From the NCBI GenBank assembly GCA_013140495.1, contig JABFSR010000014.1, forward strand, positions 3,880 through 67,879: a stretch of 64,000 nt of DNA. Direction: 5' to 3'. Below the pieces are notes generated by a model. It did no database searches. It was not told the DNA's origin and saw only the letters and a list, made by a program, of their open reading frames with translations. This DNA is from Verrucomicrobiota bacterium (GTDB lineage Bacteria; Verrucomicrobiota; Verrucomicrobiia; Limisphaerales; JADLHS01). Positions 50,046-59,491 of this stretch are shown one piece after another. The position numbers and the translations under genes were made by a program. Every line of letters begins with the position of its first letter. The stretch's first letter is position 1.

Positions 50046-50846
50046 ATGAAAAAGTTAATCGCACTCGCACTCGTTGCCGTCGGAATCAGTCTGCCGGCTC
50101 GCGCCCAATGGGTCGTCTATGACCCGGTAAACAACGCACAGCAGATTCTCGCTGCCGCCCAAGACATCGCCAAGTTCATCGAGATGATCAACAACCAGGT
50201 GCAGCAAATCCAGACGCTCACCGACCAGCTCAACGAGTTCAAACACTACGAAAGTCTGTTCGGCGATCCTAAAGCGGTTCTGCTCTCGACGGTCCAACCG
50301 CTCGTCAACGACCTTCGCAAAACGGAAGTCGGCCAGACCCTCACGGCCCTCGAAAGCACGGTCAACGCCGGCCAAGCCATGCTCTACGACGCGAATGGCT
50401 TGTTTCACAGCATCGGCACGACTTTCGACACACCCAACGGCGTGACGGTGACGCGACGGCAACCGACCTACCTACCCGTCGCCGCCGTGCAAAAGACGAC
50501 GGACAACTATTTGTCCGTCTCCACTGATGCGACCTCGCGTCGCATCGCGCTGAAAGCACAAATCGCCACGACCACTGATGCGCTCAAAGCGGCGCAGACC
50601 GACGCGGAGGTTCAAAAGTTGACGGGCGTTCTCATCGGCCTGTCGTCTGCGCTCAACAATACGGACTACGAAATCAATCAGGCCACGACTGCCGCCGTCG
50701 TGCAGGACATCGCCAATCGCAACGACGCGCAGCGGCAGATTGAAGCGAAGAAGGAACAGCAGCACGCCGAGTTCACCGAGGCGATGGAGAAGTATGGGCA
50801 GAAGTTCCGCCTGATGAACGCGCCCACGGCGTTCCCCACTCCTTAG
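50046..50846 (+). CDS. TrbJ/VirB5-like T4SS protein
   Basis: Trimmed to MKKLIALALVAVGISLPARAQ. The mature N-terminus WVVYDPVNNAQQILAAAQDIAKFIEMINNQVQQIQTLTDQLNEFK matches the TrbJ pattern (VFDPSN..QN..Q...Q..Q). Confidence 0.7.
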   Translation: MKKLIALALVAVGISLPARAQWVVYDPVNNAQQILAAAQDIAKFIEMINNQVQQIQTLTDQLNEFKHYESLFGDPKAVLLSTVQPLVNDLRKTEVGQTLTALESTVNAGQAMLYDANGLFHSIGTTFDTPNGVTVTRRQPTYLPVAAVQKTTDNYLSVSTDATSRRIALKAQIATTTDALKAAQTDAEVQKLTGVLIGLSSALNNTDYEINQATTAAVVQDIANRNDAQRQIEAKKEQQHAEFTEAMEKYGQKFRLMNAPTAFPTP

Positions 50847-50881
50847 CTAACACGCGACGCACCCTCAAATCGTCCCGACGT

Positions 50882-51949
50882 ATGGCCTCCTTTGAAAGTC
50901 TCTTTCCGACGTTCCTGCAAAAGTGTGTGGAGTTGCACGAGTTGCTGCGCATCGTCGCTTTCATGTTGTTCATCGTCGGGACGATCATGCTCGTCGTCCA
51001 CGGATTCACCGGCAAGACGCTCATGCTCCACATGGTCCGGCTCTTTGTGCTGACGGCGTTGCTTGTGATGCTGCCGCAGTGGGGCAACCAAGTTCAGCAG
51101 CTTGTGCAAACCTCGATTCTCGACGGCCTCGGCATTGATCCAAGCAACGTGCAAGACCAATACAACAACCTCCTCGTCGTCAAGCGCGACTCCGGCAGCG
51201 ACCACTCATGGTGGGACATCCTGGGAGATTTAAGCGGCTTCACCGTCGAGGTTCTCATCTCCAGCGTGCTCTGGCTGGTTGGCGAGTTCGCGTCGTTGCT
51301 GGTGTTCTGGGCCTACATCATCCAGAAGTTCATTTTGTTTTCGAGCTACGCGCTCTCGCCGCTCCTCATCGGATTCATGGCGATTCGTCCCCTCCGATCC
51401 GTGGGCAGTCGTTACCTGATGAACATCGTCGGCGTGCTTGTCTGGCCGCTCGGTTGGGCCGTCGCCGCGCTCATCACCCAAGGCATCCTCGATTTCATGA
51501 CCGACCCCGCGTTCAAATACATTGACCCCACCGCGACGATTTATTCCCTGCAAGCCACGGTTGGTGTTGTCGTGGTCGCGTTCTGGATTGTGTTCAGCAC
51601 CATCGCCGCTCCACTCGTCATTCAGAAAGTTCTGAACCACGGCACACTCGCGGGCAGCCAGCTTTTGGCCGGAGCAGCCAGCAGCTTTTTCCAAACCGCC
51701 GCCACCACCGCAGGCGCTGCCGCCGTCGCGTCCACCACTGGCGTTCCATTCGCCACGGTGGGCGCGGCGGGAATGGCTGCGGTCTTAAGCACGCTCTCGA
51801 CCGCAGGCGGACATGGCAGCGCCGGCGCAATCATCATCGCTGGCTCTGGTTTGCCGCCGCGCTCCGCTCGCGGTCGTCCGGGCGACGACATCACCGGCGA
51901 CAAATCCGTCCGCGAACTTATCTCCAAAGGCAAAGGCAACTACTACTGA
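50882..51949 (+). CDS. TrbL/VirB6-like polytopic membrane protein
   Basis: 355 aa. At least 5 hydrophobic helices followed by an Ala/Gly-rich C-terminal tail. Position after TrbJ matches the trb operon order. Confidence 0.55.
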   Translation: MASFESLFPTFLQKCVELHELLRIVAFMLFIVGTIMLVVHGFTGKTLMLHMVRLFVLTALLVMLPQWGNQVQQLVQTSILDGLGIDPSNVQDQYNNLLVVKRDSGSDHSWWDILGDLSGFTVEVLISSVLWLVGEFASLLVFWAYIIQKFILFSSYALSPLLIGFMAIRPLRSVGSRYLMNIVGVLVWPLGWAVAALITQGILDFMTDPAFKYIDPTATIYSLQATVGVVVVAFWIVFSTIAAPLVIQKVLNHGTLAGSQLLAGAASSFFQTAATTAGAAAVASTTGVPFATVGAAGMAAVLSTLSTAGGHGSAGAIIIAGSGLPPRSARGRPGDDITGDKSVRELISKGKGNYY

Positions 51950-51954
51950 CATTT

Positions 51955-52623
51955 ATGGAAACGACCGAACTCAATCCCCGCCAAACGCCGACTGGCAACG
52001 GCTCGACTCCTCGCGTCGCCCGCAAGCGCTTCGACCCGACGCAACTTTTCGCGCAGCGCGACCGTCTGCCGTGGTTCTGGTTCTTCGTAGCCGTCGTTGT
52101 CACGGTGTTGGCGGCGCTGGACCGCTACCACATCATCGGCCAGTTCAAGCAGCGCGAGCGCGTTGTCATCATTGACCCAGCGCAGACTTACTACATCAGT
52201 CCCTTGCTTCAATTTCAGGAGGCGAAAGATTTGCACGTCCAACAGGCGGAACTCGCGGCGCTCACGTTTCTTGCACGCAACTCCAAGGATTTCGACCACC
52301 CGGATTTATTGCGGCAGATGTTCCTGAAATCGGCGCTGCAAAAAGCGCAGGATCATCGCACGCGCGAGGCGGTTGAGTTTCGCGCGAAGCAACTTCACCA
52401 GAAGCCGGAGATTGCGAAGATAGACATTCTCGCGACCCGAGATAATGAGGTGCTCGCCACCGTGTCTGGCCAGGTCATTCGCACCGGCATTTTTCAGGAG
52501 AAGGCTTTCAACGAGGCGTTCAATTTCAAATTGAGTCTGCGCCTGATCCGCAACCCCAACATGGCTGCCAACGGTCGTTTCCCCACCGCTGTCGGCGACT
52601 TCAAATATGAAATCACCAATTAG
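51955..52623 (+). CDS. VirB8/TrbF-like bitopic protein
   Basis: Cytoplasmic N-terminus, a single TM (LPWFWFFVAVVVTVLAAL), and a periplasmic domain of about 160 aa. Call rests on topology and position. Confidence 0.5.
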   Translation: METTELNPRQTPTGNGSTPRVARKRFDPTQLFAQRDRLPWFWFFVAVVVTVLAALDRYHIIGQFKQRERVVIIDPAQTYYISPLLQFQEAKDLHVQQAELAALTFLARNSKDFDHPDLLRQMFLKSALQKAQDHRTREAVEFRAKQLHQKPEIAKIDILATRDNEVLATVSGQVIRTGIFQEKAFNEAFNFKLSLRLIRNPNMAANGRFPTAVGDFKYEITN

Positions 52624-53512
52624 TCTCCTCATCCTGCTGGCGGCAACCGTCGCGTTCGCTGGTTCACCAGAAGCCATTCAGCGTGTCACGCTCGACGAGC
52701 GCGTTGTCGTGACCGTGCCCGTCGCCACAAACCACGTCACGACTATCAGCTTCCCCGGCCCGATTGCTGCGATTGATGCCGTGGGCGTGACCGCTGACGG
52801 AAAGACGCCGGGGCAATTCCAACTCGCACACACGAAGGGTTCGTCATTCGTGTCCGTCCGCGCCCTGGCACGCAAGGCGGCAACGAACTTGAACATCCGA
52901 TGGAACAAGCGCACCTACGTTTTTGAAGTGGTCGAAAGCGACACGCCCGTTCTGGCGCTCAATCTCGAAGATCGAGCAGCGGCGGAAACGGTTCAACCCG
53001 CGCCGCTCGTCACGCCAACGCGATTGCTCGCATTGCTGGACAAGGCCAAATCGTTTCAACTCCTAAAGCAACAGCACTCGGAAGCCGTCGCCGATGCCGA
53101 AGCGAGGACGTTCGGGGATGAGCCTCAAGTGACCAACCTCAATGACTACGAAATCCGCATCGAAGAAGTGTTTCGTTTCAATGCCGAGGACACGATGGTT
53201 TTCCACGTCACGCTGCGGAACAAATCCGATAACGAGATTCGCTATCTGCCGGAGAGTTTCTGTCTGCGCGTCGGCAACCGGCTCTACTACCAGTCCATCA
53301 GTGACGCTCCCGGAGTGCTACCGCCGTGCGCCGCCAGCACGGTTTATTTCGGCATCACCGGCACGCCGGACGGAGGGCGGAATGAGTTGTCGTTGAAAAA
53401 TGAATTCACGGTGCTCGTCACGCGAACTTCCCCGCCTCCTCCCGTTGCCGTCAATACCAACGCCCCCGTTGTTCCGGTGAAACCAATCCGTCCTCCAAAA
53501 GGCCAGCCATGA
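52607..53512 (+). CDS. VirB9/TrbG-like secretin-core protein
   Basis: Signal MKSPISLLILLAATVAFAGS. Segment NHVTTISFPGPIAAIDAVG...NLNIRWNKRTYVFEVVES resembles the VirB9/TraK-like beta domain. Pro-rich C-terminus. 17-nt overlap with the upstream gene. Confidence 0.55.
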   Translation: MKSPISLLILLAATVAFAGSPEAIQRVTLDERVVVTVPVATNHVTTISFPGPIAAIDAVGVTADGKTPGQFQLAHTKGSSFVSVRALARKAATNLNIRWNKRTYVFEVVESDTPVLALNLEDRAAAETVQPAPLVTPTRLLALLDKAKSFQLLKQQHSEAVADAEARTFGDEPQVTNLNDYEIRIEEVFRFNAEDTMVFHVTLRNKSDNEIRYLPESFCLRVGNRLYYQSISDAPGVLPPCAASTVYFGITGTPDGGRNELSLKNEFTVLVTRTSPPPPVAVNTNAPVVPVKPIRPPKGQP

Positions 53513-54594
53513 AACCGCGCGATTTCCTCAATTTCTTCAAGACCAAGAGCGGCAAGTTGGTTTTGTTCGTGGCGATTTTCGGCGGCGGTCTGTTGGTGTT
53601 TAGTGTGCTCCGTGGCAAGTCCGGCAGCGACGATGACATGGATGTGCGCGTCTCTGGCTCGCAGACAAACATGACGGACAAACCGCAGGTTGTGCAAACT
53701 GTCGTGCGACCGATGCAGCCGTTTTACCCGCCGACACCGAAGCCAGAGCAATTGCCGATTTCACAAACGAACGCCGCTCCAAGAGTTCTCCCTGAACACC
53801 GCCCGCAAGACACCGCGCCCGCGCCGCTCCCGCCCATCAGTCTGTTTGCCGACAGCACCGCTGGGGTTGCCGAGCCAAAGAGCGTGAGTTCCATCTATGC
53901 GCCGTTCGGTCGCCTCATCTCGTGCGAAACCGTCGTCACGGTTGATTCGGCATCCATTCAGACGCCCATCGTCGGCCTCGTCACCGAGAATGTGTATCAC
54001 GCCGGTAAGTTGGTGATTCCCGCTGGCACGGAGGTTCACGGCACGGCGCAGAAAGACCGCCTCCGTGAACGCATTTCCAGCGGCAACAGTTGGACGCTCG
54101 TTTGGCAGACCGGCGAGGAACTCCATTTGAAGGCGCTCGCACTTGACCGCGAGTTTTCCGGCGACCAGGAAGGCTGGGGTATAACGGACGGCAGCGCCGG
54201 ACTGCGCGGGCGCATCATAAAGTCCGACAACCTGGCGGACATAAAACTTTTCGCCGCAACCTTCCTTTCCGGCGCAGCGGAGGCGCTGACCGAAAAGCAG
54301 CAAACTGTCTTTGGCCCGATCACTAGCCCTTCGCTGGCCAATGCGCCGTTTGAAGGCGCGCAAAAGGTTCTCTCGATTTACGCACAGCGGATTTACGAGG
54401 CAATTCAGAAAGACGGTTTTTACGTCCGTGTGCCGAGCGGAAAACAGTTTTACCTCTACGTCGTTCAAACAATTGACCGTGCCGATGCTGGCATCGGCGG
54501 TTCGGCGAAGGTATTCGCGGAAGAAGACAAGTCCGCGCCGGCACTCCCGCCAAGCTTTACCACGACACCATCAACACCCCCGTTCCAGCCATGA
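53509..54594 (+). CDS. VirB10/TrbI-like protein
   Basis: N-terminal TM (LVLFVAIFGGGLLVF), a Pro-rich linker (PMQPFYPPTPKPEQLP...PAPLPP), and a C-terminal TrbI-like barrel (IYAPFGRLISCETVVTVDSASIQTPIVGLVTENVYHAGKLVIPAGTEVHG). ATGA overlap at 53509. Confidence 0.7.
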   Translation: MKPRDFLNFFKTKSGKLVLFVAIFGGGLLVFSVLRGKSGSDDDMDVRVSGSQTNMTDKPQVVQTVVRPMQPFYPPTPKPEQLPISQTNAAPRVLPEHRPQDTAPAPLPPISLFADSTAGVAEPKSVSSIYAPFGRLISCETVVTVDSASIQTPIVGLVTENVYHAGKLVIPAGTEVHGTAQKDRLRERISSGNSWTLVWQTGEELHLKALALDREFSGDQEGWGITDGSAGLRGRIIKSDNLADIKLFAATFLSGAAEALTEKQQTVFGPITSPSLANAPFEGAQKVLSIYAQRIYEAIQKDGFYVRVPSGKQFYLYVVQTIDRADAGIGGSAKVFAEEDKSAPALPPSFTTTPSTPPFQP

Positions 54595-55178
54595 AATACC
54601 TCGCACTCATCCCGCTCCTGTTCGTCGCTTCGTGCGCTTCGCGCCCGCAACTCGCCGTTCGTCCCGCGCCGCCCTCTGCCGTCGAGCCGGTCGAGGCCGT
54701 GCGGTATTCGGAAGTGGTCCGCGCCTACTATATCGGGCGCTTCGTTGATCCGAACCATCCCGAAACGATGCACGAGCAGCACCCGGTTTATCGCATCGAA
54801 TCTACCGCGCGATGGAACTTGCACCCAGGTTCAGCGCGCACGGCCAATCTGTTGAACCCACCGCCCGACGCCGCGTTCGCACCACCGCCATCGAGTGATG
54901 CCGTGATTGCCGAGATGAATCGGCAGCGCGAAGCGACGGCGCGCGTGATGTCGGAAGCCGTGCGGCTTTCTCGTTCTTACGAGGAGTTGCAGAACATTTT
55001 CTCTCAAATGAAAAGCGTTGCCCGGAACAGCGCGCTTCTCGGCGCACGGGTCGCCACCACCGAGCAGCGAGTCACGGAATTTGGGAAGGAGCTTGAAAAG
55101 CTTTCAACCACGCCGGCGGGGCAAACGAACGACGTGCCCGCGTTCGTTCCTGATCCGCCGGACGCGCCAAAACCATGA
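54591..55178 (+). CDS. Lipoprotein of unknown function, coupled to the VirB10-like gene
   Basis: Lipobox LLFVASC. The C-terminal half looks like a coiled coil. ATGA overlap at 54591. Confidence 0.55.
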   Translation: MKYLALIPLLFVASCASRPQLAVRPAPPSAVEPVEAVRYSEVVRAYYIGRFVDPNHPETMHEQHPVYRIESTARWNLHPGSARTANLLNPPPDAAFAPPPSSDAVIAEMNRQREATARVMSEAVRLSRSYEELQNIFSQMKSVARNSALLGARVATTEQRVTEFGKELEKLSTTPAGQTNDVPAFVPDPPDAPKP

Positions 55179-55268
55179 ACACACTTTGCCGGGACGGGGC
55201 GGTTTTACCGCCTCGCTTTGGCGAACACGGCAAATGCCGCGCAACAAGAAACAACAAAATGAACCGTT

Positions 55269-55676
55269 ATGAGTAAAATAAAGCCATCCGCGCCACCGAG
55301 CGCCAGCGGCAGTGCCGCTCCCGCAGACGCGCCCACTTTTCGGAGCAACCCGGAAGTGGATGCCAAGATTGATGCCTATATCAAAGAGAACCCGAAATAT
55401 TGGAACTACGTCCAAGCCATGCCCCGCGAGCGTCTCGAACGCTCCGTCGTCCTGAACGAAGTGCGCGAACTTGACCGCCAGCAACGCATCCGCGAAGGCG
55501 TCCTGAAGCAGATCAACCGCAACCCAGAGTTGAAACGGGCGTACGAACTTTTGGTTAAGGACCTGCCCGAAGATCAGAAAGAAACCGTCATTGCGCAGAT
55601 CGGACGGGTCGCCAGACGGGCCGTTACCCGCGTGCAAGGTCAGCAGCAACAAAAGCAGGAAGGTGTCGGTGTTTGA
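55269..55676 (+). CDS. Hypothetical protein (135 aa), last gene of the T4SS operon
   Basis: MSKIKPSAPPSASGSAAPADAPTFRSNPEVDAKIDAYIKENPKYWNYVQAMPRERLERS... No TM. A terminator follows. Confidence 0.5.
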   Translation: MSKIKPSAPPSASGSAAPADAPTFRSNPEVDAKIDAYIKENPKYWNYVQAMPRERLERSVVLNEVRELDRQQRIREGVLKQINRNPELKRAYELLVKDLPEDQKETVIAQIGRVARRAVTRVQGQQQQKQEGVGV

Positions 55677-55708
55677 AGACTGCTTTTTAGATACACTTGA
55701 ATCGGACC

Positions 55709-55746
55709 CGGAAGCTTGCCGCGATAGCAGGCTTCCGTGTTTTTCT
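55709..55746 (+). terminator. Rho-independent terminator closing the T4SS operon
   Basis: cggaagcttgc (55709-55719) pairs with gcaggcttccg (55727-55737) with 1 mismatch. tgtttttct follows. Confidence 0.7.
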
Positions 55747-55817
55747 ACTAATTCTCGCGCATCACATGCTGGTTCAGGAACATACTTCCGCCAAGGCCAC
55801 CGCGTAAGAACCAAGGA

Positions 55818-56591
55818 TTAAAGTTTTTGCCGGATTATTGCGCGCACCCGGTCGTAATCAGGGCGGTCTGCGGTTGTGACCGGCATGGGATTACTTTGGG
55901 CTATCTTCGGCACCACCCAGCGCCAGTGCTCCGCATGGCTGTCGGCAAACGATAAAATGGCTCCTTGGACATGCCGGTTCGAGGGCATGTCCCACCATTG
56001 ATTAGTGTTGCCGTAATTCACCGTCGGCATTCCAAAATGGGTGTCCAGCATCGTATCTTCGTTCTCGTCAATGAATACCAAACATTTTGACGGGTTTGGT
56101 TCATTGATCTGGGACATTTTACTAAAATTCGGAATATGGGTCGCCAGCCAGGCGGTGGGATCGCCGTTGACCGACTGGCTCAAGTTGTAACTTCGGTTGC
56201 GCGGTTGTGAAAGCTGGATGCCGCTTAAGCTGACCACCGTCGAGACGTCGGCGGGACAATGATACAAGGCCGTCGAACGGTTGTAGCCGAAGAGTAGGCC
56301 GGATTCAATGACCGCCGTGTTCGTCTCCAAAATGCCTGTGCCCTGGCACCAAGAAGGCCCGGGTGTGCCGCCGGCGATGTTATCGTTAGGCACCAGCAGA
56401 TCGTTGTAATCGCCGGCATAAAGATGCCAGCAGATGGAAAGTTGGCGGAGGTTGTTCAAGCAGGCGATGGTCTGGGTGCGGCTTTTCGACTTGGACAGTG
56501 CGGGCAGCAGCAGCGCCGCTAAAATTGCGATGACGGCGATCACCACCAGCAATTCCACCAAGGTGAACCCGTATTTTTTCCCATGGTTCAT
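55818..56591 (-). CDS. Prepilin-type N-terminal cleavage/methylation domain protein (DUF1559-like)
   Basis: KKYGFTLVELLVVIAVIAILAALLLPALSKSKSRTQTIACLNNLRQLS. C-terminal region HVQGAILSFADSH (H-X9-DS variant). Confidence 0.8.
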   Translation of the reverse strand: MNHGKKYGFTLVELLVVIAVIAILAALLLPALSKSKSRTQTIACLNNLRQLSICWHLYAGDYNDLLVPNDNIAGGTPGPSWCQGTGILETNTAVIESGLLFGYNRSTALYHCPADVSTVVSLSGIQLSQPRNRSYNLSQSVNGDPTAWLATHIPNFSKMSQINEPNPSKCLVFIDENEDTMLDTHFGMPTVNYGNTNQWWDMPSNRHVQGAILSFADSHAEHWRWVVPKIAQSNPMPVTTADRPDYDRVRAIIRQKL

Positions 56592-56880
56592 GACTCCTGA
56601 TTGTCTGCTTGAAAATGCGCTGGAACCAGCCCGCCAGCCGCAGGCTCAAAACTCCGAGACTTCAGTAAAGATTAGCCCGGTTTTTCACATCATTCAATCA
56701 TGCGGAATCCAGCCAAAAATTGGATCATCAAAAAAAAGTCTGCGCCGTTGATACACATTCAACTTGAATCTCGCATTATCAGATGATATGAAAAGAATTA
56801 TAGGAGGAAAAATTGGGCCAAAGCGGAGATTCAGTTTATTTCAAGGAGTTTTCGGTCCTAAAAGTGCCAGGGGTTGCCTT

Positions 56881-59448
56881 ATGCAAAGCCATGCTTTCCA
56901 AGCTCTAAAGCTCACGGCATTCATCACGCTGGCGGGTTCGCTTTTCAGCTTGCCCGCGCTCGCCGCGCCCAACATTTATACGAACACCTCCTCCGGCAGA
57001 TGGGAAGTTTCGACAAATTGGTCGCTCGGTGCGCCGGGTGCCACCGATTTCAGTTACATCACCAATTCCGCCCCGACCGCCCCGATAACGGTCACCATAG
57101 ATGCCACCACTTCGTCGAGTTTCACAAACACCATGACCGTTGCAGATCTCACCATCAGTTCGCCGGCTAATTCCTACACAAATACGCTGGTCTTGGACAG
57201 CGCCGGAAACAGCACACCTTTGCATGTGATTTCCAACCTCACGGTCCTCCCGGGCGGCGCGCTGACCATCTTCAACTCCGCGCTCAAGGTGGACAATGGA
57301 ACAACACCCACCACCACAAATTTGGGCAGCGAAGTGCAGTTTGATGGCAGCGAAGTGCTGGCGGTCAACTCAACCATCGACACGTCGCATTCGATGTATA
57401 CCACGGTCGGCGGCTCTATTTTTGGTGGCGGGGGAACGGGCAATTTGAGCATGTCCAATTGCACTTTTACGCCGCACAACTTTTATGTCGGCAATCTTTT
57501 CGACGGCACGGCCACTTTTGAGAACTGTTCCAACGTGTTTGGTTACGGGCTCACGATGGGGGGAGCTGCGCTTGCCGTTGGAACCATGTCTATCAATGGC
57601 GGGACCTGGATCGCCACCAATACTTATTCCGGCCCGGATAGTCCCTTGATCAACCTGGGTGTAAACGGAACCGGCAACCTGACCATCTCCAATGCCGACG
57701 TCCAACTCGGAGCCACCGCCATCGGCGTCTCTGGAGCAGGTTCTTTAATCGTGCAGTCCAACGTGGTAATAACCCTCGGAAAAACCTTCCTCGGTCTCGA
57801 CGACCCGCTTTCAAGCGGGACTTTTTCCATTGATGGAGCACAAGTCTCAATGCCTGAACTCCACGTTGTCCAAGGAGCGGGCATGGTGAACGTGGCCAAC
57901 GGCACGCTCACTGTGCCGGTTGTTTCAATTGGGGAAACCAACACCGCAGCCGGTTCGCTCAACATCACCGGCGGCACCACTTTGATCTCCACGTCGCTGA
58001 CGGTCCGCAGTAATTCCCTCGCGAGTGCCGGCGTCTCCGTTTTCGGTGGCGCTCTCTACATCACCAACGCCACGCACACCGCCACCACCATCATGAACGG
58101 CGGTTCGCTGCTCCTGGGTGCAGGTGTCTTCGACACCGACAACCTCATCCTCGCCAACGGCGGTGGCGTCACCGCCATCAACGATTTTCTCGTTGGCACG
58201 ACAGCCGGAGCCACCAACACCCTCGCTCTTTCAAGTGGCAGCACGCTCTTCCTCACCAACGCCACCCTCGGCCTCGGCAACAACGGCACAACCAATGGCG
58301 CAGGCACAGGCATCGCCACCATGACCGACGCCACGATCAACGTCACCACACTCAATCTCGGCAGCACCGCTGGCGGCCTCGGTCTCCTGACGCTGCACAG
58401 CAACGCCCTGCTCACCGTCGAGTCCAACCTGACCGTGGTCAGCAGTTCGCTCGTGGCCACAAGTTCGATCACGTTGAACGGGGGCGCCTGCACCGCCGCG
58501 AACGGCCTGACGCAAATCGGTTCATCCGGCAACGGCTTGCTTACCATTTCCAGCGGGAATCACACCTTTCGACAAATCATGCTCGGCTCGACCAACGGTC
58601 TGGGTTCGGGAGGTTTTCATTTCCTCGGGGGCCACGTCACCCTGCTGGGCATCGGCACCGGTCCGGGACAAGGACTCGATTCCAATTGGATTCTCTGGGA
58701 AGGCGGCGATCTGGACGGCAGCGGCACCAGCCTCACCATCGCCAATGGCAATGACTCGAACGTATCGATTCCGGACTATGCCTTCAATGTCCGGGGTCAG
58801 TTGAACTCGATGTATGTCGGTTACAGCGCCGGCCATACTGGAACCTTCACGCAGGCGGCCAGCAGCAGCGTGGTGGCGATCACTGACCAGATGATTCTGG
58901 GGAATGGGGATTGCGTCGATGGCGCGCAGGGCAATGTCCACTTGAGCGGCGGCACGCTCTATGTGACCAATGCGACGCATACGGCCACTCTGGACGTGCG
59001 CAACGGCACGTTCATCCTCGGCGCGGGCGCAATGCTGGTGGTGGATAATCTGATTCTCAATAGCGCCTGCGGCCATTTTATCAAGCAACCCGGTGGCATA
59101 CTCATCACGAACCATGCAGCTCAACTCCGTCCCGATTTTGACGCTGACGGCGATGGCCGGAGCAATGCCGCCGAAGCCCTCGCCGGAACCGACCCGCTGA
59201 ATCCCCTGTCCACGTTTCAAACGAAGGGCGTGGTGAAAACCAACGGCAACAGCATCCGCGTGGAGTGGACGACCGTAGGCGGCCACAGCTATGTCGTGCA
59301 GACCAATGGCAATTTTGGCAGCGGCACCTTTCACGACTTGAGCCTGCCGATTGTCGTCCCCGGCTCGGCCGAGGGCACCACGAACTATGTCCACATCAAC
59401 GGCGCGACGAACAGCGCAACATTCTATCGCGTGAGATTGGGGCCGTGA
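56881..59448 (+). CDS. Secreted beta-helix-like repeat protein with a DxDxDG / TDPLNP linker and a C-terminal FYRV tail domain
   Basis: Trimmed to MQSHAFQALKLTAFITLAGSLFSLPALAAP. G/T/N/S-rich repeats (GGALYITNATHTAT.., GGTLYVTNATHTATL..). DFDADGDGRSNAAEALAGTDPLNPLSTFQ. C-terminus IRVEWTTVGGHSYVVQTNGNF...ATFYRVRLGP. Confidence 0.7.
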   Translation: MQSHAFQALKLTAFITLAGSLFSLPALAAPNIYTNTSSGRWEVSTNWSLGAPGATDFSYITNSAPTAPITVTIDATTSSSFTNTMTVADLTISSPANSYTNTLVLDSAGNSTPLHVISNLTVLPGGALTIFNSALKVDNGTTPTTTNLGSEVQFDGSEVLAVNSTIDTSHSMYTTVGGSIFGGGGTGNLSMSNCTFTPHNFYVGNLFDGTATFENCSNVFGYGLTMGGAALAVGTMSINGGTWIATNTYSGPDSPLINLGVNGTGNLTISNADVQLGATAIGVSGAGSLIVQSNVVITLGKTFLGLDDPLSSGTFSIDGAQVSMPELHVVQGAGMVNVANGTLTVPVVSIGETNTAAGSLNITGGTTLISTSLTVRSNSLASAGVSVFGGALYITNATHTATTIMNGGSLLLGAGVFDTDNLILANGGGVTAINDFLVGTTAGATNTLALSSGSTLFLTNATLGLGNNGTTNGAGTGIATMTDATINVTTLNLGSTAGGLGLLTLHSNALLTVESNLTVVSSSLVATSSITLNGGACTAANGLTQIGSSGNGLLTISSGNHTFRQIMLGSTNGLGSGGFHFLGGHVTLLGIGTGPGQGLDSNWILWEGGDLDGSGTSLTIANGNDSNVSIPDYAFNVRGQLNSMYVGYSAGHTGTFTQAASSSVVAITDQMILGNGDCVDGAQGNVHLSGGTLYVTNATHTATLDVRNGTFILGAGAMLVVDNLILNSACGHFIKQPGGILITNHAAQLRPDFDADGDGRSNAAEALAGTDPLNPLSTFQTKGVVKTNGNSIRVEWTTVGGHSYVVQTNGNFGSGTFHDLSLPIVVPGSAEGTTNYVHINGATNSATFYRVRLGP

Positions 59449-59491
59449 AAATTCGCGGAACGTTTTTAGAAAAACGCGATCTGAACGTTTT

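Noticed and set aside
55104-55814. 236-aa minus-strand ORF
   Set aside because: It is antisense to the lipoprotein 3' end and the 135-aa gene, and it spans the operon terminator. No motifs were seen.
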